44,645 nt of DNA from Phycisphaeraceae bacterium (lineage in GTDB: Bacteria; Planctomycetota; Phycisphaerae; Phycisphaerales; Zrk34), in the NCBI GenBank assembly GCA_040905565.1, contig JBBDRF010000023.1:4688-49332 (forward strand). Reading direction: 5' to 3'. Positions 39,591 through 44,645 of the stretch are shown piece after piece. The notes beneath the pieces are model-generated. The model was not told the DNA's origin. It saw only the letters and a list, made by a program, of their open reading frames with translations, and searched no databases. Position numbers and translations under genes: made by a program. Position 1 is the stretch's first letter, and each line of letters starts with the position of its first letter.

Positions 39591-42275
39591 TCACTCCGCC
39601 GGCACGATGCGGCAGGTTGGCGCGTTGCCGTGTTCGTCGAAGAGCACCAGTTCGTTCGGCTCATCCGTCGTCAGCCAGGGTTCGGGCAGGTAGTACTGCG
39701 TCTGGGGGCCCACCTTTGTGCCCGTCGAAGTGGCCACGAAGTATCGGCCCACGTTGTGGCCGTTGAGGTAGATCTGCCCCTTCGTCCCCCGCGTGATCTC
39801 CAGCATCCAGGGCCCGTCCACCTGCTTCATCTCGAAGCTGGTTCGGTAAAACGTCGGCAGGTTCGGCACCGCTTTGGCCAGCGGCTTGTAAGCTGGCGCA
39901 TCGGGCATCTGCCAGCGGGCGTACCAGAAGCTGGCCTCCTCGGTCAGCACATCCACCACGGTGTGCGCTTCGACCTGGCCTCGGAAATCGAAGCCGTCCA
40001 CGGCATGGTCGATCGTCGCCAGCGTCAGCGTATTGCTGCCACGCTTGAGGTGTTCGTCGATCACCACGTTCTGCGCCACCCCTCGCCCCAGGTCCAGCGC
40101 CACCGGCTCGTCGTTGATCAGCACCACGCTCCGAGGCCGTTCGCCCCGCAGGGTGACCACGATCGGAGCCACACTCCGCTGCGTGAACTTGAAGCTGTGC
40201 CTTGGATACCGGTCACGATCCGTCACCGTGGCCCATGGCACGAACCCCGCCAACTTGAACGGATCGACCCGAGGCCCGACCTCCGTCGTCACCTTCCCCA
40301 GCCGTAACGCCTTCACGTCCAGCAGATCGCCGTAAAGCCCCTTCGGCCAATCGATGCCGCGGTCCTCGCAGAACCGCCCCATGTTGTCCGCCAGCACCAC
40401 CAGATCCACCTCGCCGCTCGGCAGCGTCAGCGCCAACGGCTCCGCCTTCGCGCCCGGCCCAAGCCCCACCACGCTTTTCAACTTTCCGTTGAGATAAAGA
40501 TGCAGCCGATCGCCCGCGTCCGGTGCCAGCAGGTTCACCTTTTTGCTGCGTGACCGCTTCATCCGCACCCGATACCAGCCGTACCCGAAGTCCGCCCCGC
40601 ACGCTTCCAGACTCCGTGGCCCATCAAGCGTCGCAAACCGCGGCGCATCGCCCGTGGCATAATTCTTCGTCGTCGCCGCCTGCCAGTTGTTCAGCTTGAT
40701 CGCCGCTCGCTTGCCGTTGCGCCCGCGCCGATGCTTGGTCACCTGCCCCTGCAGATCAACACGGCAGTACGTCGCAAACTCATCATGAGGCCGCGGCTTG
40801 CCGTCCGCATCCAACCCGTCCACGCCGATCCAGAGCCCGTCCTCATCGACATACGCTGCGTCCACCTGCTGTTCGTTCAGCACCGCCACATGCAGATCAT
40901 CAAACGCGATCAGCGTCGGCTCCGCACCCTTCGGCACCGGCACACTGTGCAGCCCCGAATCCACACTGACCAGCCCCTCGCTCCCGGCCGGCCCGTACAG
41001 CACCAGCAGCTGCTTCTCGACGAACGCGAACGGCGTGAGGTTCGTCAGATCAAGCGTCGCCGTCCCCCCCAGGTTCGCCTTCAGCACCAGCCACTGCGCC
41101 GCCGCCTTGCCCAGCGGCACCGGCAGGTTCTGACCGTCAGGCGTGATCAGCTCCACCTCCCCGCCCTTATCTGTCCCCGGTTCCCGCACGATGAACACCA
41201 CGTCGCCCTGCGAACCGCTCTGCTGAATGATGCTCGTCCCGCCAGCGGCCACCGTGTGATGCTCGCCCGTCTTCAGATGACTCATCAACGACGAGAACGA
41301 ATCCAAAAACGTGCAAAGCCGCTTCACCAGCCCGTACTTCGCCGTCCGTCCGCCCGTTTCGCTCAGCGGTGCATGGCTGTCGAAGCTGGTCGTCGTGAAC
41401 CGATGGTCGCCGTCCAGCAGCCGTGCCCCCTGGTAGCCCAGGTTCGTGCCGCCGTGGAACGGGTCGAGGTTGAACATCGCCCCCGCTGCCGACACCTTCG
41501 CCATGTTCACCAGCAGTTGATCGCCCGGCCGAGCATCCCGCGCCGGCTCATCCCATGCATCCACCTTCCCCGTCGGCAGCGACATCACCACGCAAGGCCC
41601 ATCAGGCTGAAGCACCCGAAGCTGCCGACAGTTCCCGAAAATATTCTCATCGCCCACCCACCCATCAAGCGTCCCCGCCACCTGCTGCCACAGGTTATTC
41701 GTGTTCACCAGCGGTACCGCACACCCCGACTCCCGCAAAAACCGGTTCACCTGCTGCAGATACTTCTCCGCCTGCTTCTCGTGATGACAAAACCACTCAT
41801 GCTCGACCTGCACCAGCACCAACGGCCCGCTCGTCGGCTCGGTCACCTGCAGATCGCGCACCTGCGCCATCACCGCATCGAGATACCGCGCCGTCGCCTG
41901 CAAAAATGCCGGGTTCCCCTCACGCAGTGCCACGTTCTCAAGCCCCAGCAGCCAAGGCGGCAGCCCGCCCATATCCGCCGCCGCGTTCACAAACGGCCCC
42001 GGCCTCAGCACACAACGCATCCCCTCCTCAGCGATCATCTCCACGAACCGCCTTAGATCATGCTGCCCCTCAAACCGGAACACGCCCGGCTGCGGCTCAT
42101 GCTGATGCCAGAACACGCTCGTCTGGATCGTATTAAGCCCCGCCTGCCTCGCCGCACGAATGCGATCGCGCCAAAGCGCTTCGGGAACCCGCGCGTAGTG
42201 GATGGCCCCGCTCACCAGCCACTCACGCCGACCGTCGATGCTGAAACTTTGACCGTCGAAGCTGATGTTGGCCAT
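39591..42275 (-). CDS. GH35 beta-galactosidase-like protein with atypical active site
   Basis: SGAIHYARVP, GLNTIQT.VFW..HEP.PG, LRPGP, GGLP.WL, HGGTN, KGQIYLNGHNVGRY, GPQ..YYLP. Confidence 0.88.
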   Translation of the reverse strand: MANISFDGQSFSIDGRREWLVSGAIHYARVPEALWRDRIRAARQAGLNTIQTSVFWHQHEPQPGVFRFEGQHDLRRFVEMIAEEGMRCVLRPGPFVNAAADMGGLPPWLLGLENVALREGNPAFLQATARYLDAVMAQVRDLQVTEPTSGPLVLVQVEHEWFCHHEKQAEKYLQQVNRFLRESGCAVPLVNTNNLWQQVAGTLDGWVGDENIFGNCRQLRVLQPDGPCVVMSLPTGKVDAWDEPARDARPGDQLLVNMAKVSAAGAMFNLDPFHGGTNLGYQGARLLDGDHRFTTTSFDSHAPLSETGGRTAKYGLVKRLCTFLDSFSSLMSHLKTGEHHTVAAGGTSIIQQSGSQGDVVFIVREPGTDKGGEVELITPDGQNLPVPLGKAAAQWLVLKANLGGTATLDLTNLTPFAFVEKQLLVLYGPAGSEGLVSVDSGLHSVPVPKGAEPTLIAFDDLHVAVLNEQQVDAAYVDEDGLWIGVDGLDADGKPRPHDEFATYCRVDLQGQVTKHRRGRNGKRAAIKLNNWQAATTKNYATGDAPRFATLDGPRSLEACGADFGYGWYRVRMKRSRSKKVNLLAPDAGDRLHLYLNGKLKSVVGLGPGAKAEPLALTLPSGEVDLVVLADNMGRFCEDRGIDWPKGLYGDLLDVKALRLGKVTTEVGPRVDPFKLAGFVPWATVTDRDRYPRHSFKFTQRSVAPIVVTLRGERPRSVVLINDEPVALDLGRGVAQNVVIDEHLKRGSNTLTLATIDHAVDGFDFRGQVEAHTVVDVLTEEASFWYARWQMPDAPAYKPLAKAVPNLPTFYRTSFEMKQVDGPWMLEITRGTKGQIYLNGHNVGRYFVATSTGTKVGPQTQYYLPEPWLTTDEPNELVLFDEHGNAPTCRIVPAE

Positions 42276-42544
42276 GTCTTCCCGTACCTCATCCTTTTAA
42301 CCACGGAAGCGGGTCCAACATAAGTCCCCCTCACCCCCCGTGCAACGTAACATCCCCCGCCAATCTCCGACACCGGGAATTCCCCCGCCCCCCAAATAAC
42401 CTATGACCAGTAGCCAATAATCAATCACCAATCTCCGCCCCTCCCCAAATCAAACATCACACATCAAACATCACACCTCCCCTTTGGCCCCCTCACCCCC
42501 CATCTGCTATGCTAACCGCCTCGGCCCAGGCTGTTGGAGAGACC

Positions 42545-43855
42545 TTGACGACTGACGCGATTTACATCGGAATTATCGGCTGCGGCACCGTGGGCCAAGG
42601 CGTCGTGAAACTCCTTCAGGAGCAGCGCGAAATCTACGCCGAGCGCCTCGGCAAACCCATCGAGATCGCGCGCGTCCTCGTCCGCAACGCCGCCGCCGCG
42701 CGCGAAGTCGACCTCCCCGAAGACGTCCTCACCGACGATCCCGACATCTTCTTCGACGACCCCCGCATCGCCATCGTCGTCGAAGCAGCAGGAGGCGGCG
42801 ACGCCGTCAGCGCCCTCCTCCGCCGCGCCCTCGAAAAACGCCTCCCCCTCGTCACCGCCAACAAAGCCCTCCTCGCCTCCCAGGGCTCCGAACTCTTCGC
42901 ACTCGCCCGCAAACACGACGTCTGCATCGCATTCGAAGCCTCCTGCGGCGGCGGCATCCCCATCCTCGCCGCTCTCAAATTCGGCCTCTCCGCCAACCGC
43001 ATCAAGGGCGTCTACGGCATCCTCAACGGCACCTGCAACTACATCCTCACACAAATGGGCGAGTCCGGTGCCGCCTACACCGACGCACTCCTCGAAGCCC
43101 AGGAACTCGGCTTCGCCGAATCCGACCCGACCCTCGACGTCTCCGGCGCAGACGCCGCCCAGAAACTCGCCATCATCGCCTCACTCGCATTCGGCCTCAG
43201 CATCGAAGAACGCGAAGTCGCCTGCCAGGGCATCGACGACGTCCGCATCGACGACCTCATCTACGGCTCAGAGCTCGGCTACGTCGTCAAACTCCTCGCC
43301 GTCGCCGAACGCCACAACGGCGGCCTCGTCCTCCGCGTCGCCCCCTGCTTCGTCCACACCGACGAACCGCTCGCTCAGGTCCGCCAATCCTTCAACGCCA
43401 TCAGCGTCTTCGGCCACGCCGTCGGACACACCATGTTCTACGGCCGCGGCGCAGGACAAATGCCCACCGCCTCCGCCGTCGTCAGCGACCTGCTCAACGT
43501 CGCCAGCGGCTGGTACGGCCACGCATTCAAACAACTGCAGATCTGGCCCGATCAAAACCGCCACACCGACGCCATCGATCCCGACCAGATCCAGTCGCGC
43601 TACTATTTCCGCATCACCACGCGTGACGAACCAGGCGGCGTCGCTCGCATCGCCGAAGCGCTCGGTGAGCACGGCATCAGCATCTCCGCCATCCTCCAGC
43701 ACGAGGGCGATGACGCCTCATGGGTCCCCCTCGTCGTCACCACGCACCACGCCCGCGAGGGTGCCGTCCGCCGCGCGCTTGAGCAGATCGCTCAGCTCAA
43801 CGTCGTCAGCGGGCAGCCCGTCAGTATTCGTATTCTCGATCTTCCCGAAGGTTGA
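42545..43855 (+). CDS. hom: Homoserine dehydrogenase with C-terminal ACT domain
   Basis: GCGTVG, VTANK, FEAS.GGGIP, GILNGTCNYIL, GFAE.DP..DV.G.D, G.GAG..PTAS. TTG start at 42545 with a GGAG SD; alternative ATG at 42509. Confidence 0.95.
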   Translation: MTTDAIYIGIIGCGTVGQGVVKLLQEQREIYAERLGKPIEIARVLVRNAAAAREVDLPEDVLTDDPDIFFDDPRIAIVVEAAGGGDAVSALLRRALEKRLPLVTANKALLASQGSELFALARKHDVCIAFEASCGGGIPILAALKFGLSANRIKGVYGILNGTCNYILTQMGESGAAYTDALLEAQELGFAESDPTLDVSGADAAQKLAIIASLAFGLSIEEREVACQGIDDVRIDDLIYGSELGYVVKLLAVAERHNGGLVLRVAPCFVHTDEPLAQVRQSFNAISVFGHAVGHTMFYGRGAGQMPTASAVVSDLLNVASGWYGHAFKQLQIWPDQNRHTDAIDPDQIQSRYYFRITTRDEPGGVARIAEALGEHGISISAILQHEGDDASWVPLVVTTHHAREGAVRRALEQIAQLNVVSGQPVSIRILDLPEG

Positions 43856-43913
43856 ATCGGTCGCCTTCGTCGATAGTCCGCAGGTCTGACATTCTTCAGG
43901 GGCAGAGGCTTCC

Positions 43914-44645
43914 ATGGCCGCCAATTCCACCAAACGCAAAGAAGCCGCCAAGAAACAAGCTCCCCCGGCGACCGCCGCACCACCCGTCGCCGACGCCCCC
44001 CCCGAACCCACACCCGAACCCGAATCACTGCGACGCCGACGCCGCTCCGCCGAACCCCTCCTCGCCGAGATCGCATGGGAAGCGGTCAACCAGGTAGGCG
44101 GCATCTACACCGTCATCCGCTCAAAACTGCCCAGCATGGTCGAACGCTGGAAGCAGCGCTACTGCGTCATCGGCCCCTACGTCCACCAGACCGCCTCCAT
44201 CGAATTCGAAGCCACCACACCCATCGGCCCCTTCGGCAAAGCCGTCCGCCAACTCCGCGAAGAAGGCATCAACGTCCACTTCGGCCACTGGCTCGTCACA
44301 GGCCGCCCGCGCGTCGTCCTCCTCGAGCTCAACTCCGCCTACGGCAAGCTCGAAGAACTACGCGGCCGCCTCTGGCACGACCACGGCATCCCCACGCCCG
44401 GCGACAGCCCCATGATCAACGACGTCGTCGCCTTCGGCTACCTCGTCGAACGCTTCCTCACCGTCCTCGCCGAGCAGGAAGCCGACCGCCGGCCCATCAT
44501 CGCCCATTTCCACGAGTGGATGGGCGGCGCCGCCATCCCCGAACTCCGCCGACGCAACGTCCCCATCAACACCGTCTTCACCACCCACGCCACCATGCTC
44601 GGCCGATACGTCGCCGCCAACGACCCCTGGTACTACGACCACGTC
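43914..44645 (+). CDS. GT3-family glycogen synthase, partial (runs off the window)
   Basis: Not in the ORF track because it has no stop codon. Hand translation gives EIAWEAVNQVGGIYTVIRSK, IGPY, FGHWLV.G.P, AHFHEWM, FTTHAT.LGRY. Confidence 0.9.
   Translation, partial: MAANSTKRKEAAKKQAPPATAAPPVADAPPEPTPEPESLRRRRRSAEPLLAEIAWEAVNQVGGIYTVIRSKLPSMVERWKQRYCVIGPYVHQTASIEFEATTPIGPFGKAVRQLREEGINVHFGHWLVTGRPRVVLLELNSAYGKLEELRGRLWHDHGIPTPGDSPMINDVVAFGYLVERFLTVLAEQEADRRPIIAHFHEWMGGAAIPELRRRNVPINTVFTTHATMLGRYVAANDPWYYDHV

Noticed and set aside
42276..42544. Amino-acid riboswitch or attenuator upstream of hom
   Set aside because: No lysine/SAM/T-box signature or leader peptide, and the region is too G-poor on the sense strand to fold accordingly.

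Overview
High-GC bacterial chromosomal segment, most likely Planctomycetota and plausibly Phycisphaerae. This is inferred from an N-terminal LEPRxLL export motif and a DUF1592/DUF1552 gene pair. It holds about 31 CDS and one tRNA-Thr(UGU). Housekeeping genes: cinA, gltA, a PpiC-type PPIase, an AlaC-like aminotransferase, murA, a Trm112-like protein, an ABC-F ATPase, ubiX, a DEAD-box helicase, alr, hom and a truncated GT3 glycogen synthase. Accessory blocks: (i) a KaiC-like ATPase with two related HisKA_3 kinases; (ii) a 1,393-aa secreted multidomain metzincin; (iii) a cytochrome c/PA14/DUF1592 plus Tat-DUF1552 pair; (iv) a co-oriented cluster of outer-membrane beta-barrel, lipoprotein, FecR-domain protein and CHASE2 adenylate cyclase. 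Block iv is the best candidate for an undescribed trans-envelope cAMP signalling system. Also notable: a GH35 that appears to lack its catalytic nucleophile; at least six palindromic REP-like families, one flanked by a 24-bp direct repeat with a frame-preserving 165-bp period; a hairpin over the helicase start codon; and a G-rich to C-rich strand-skew inversion across the window. No integrase, transposase or CRISPR array was seen. All family calls come from motif recognition by eye, not database searches.
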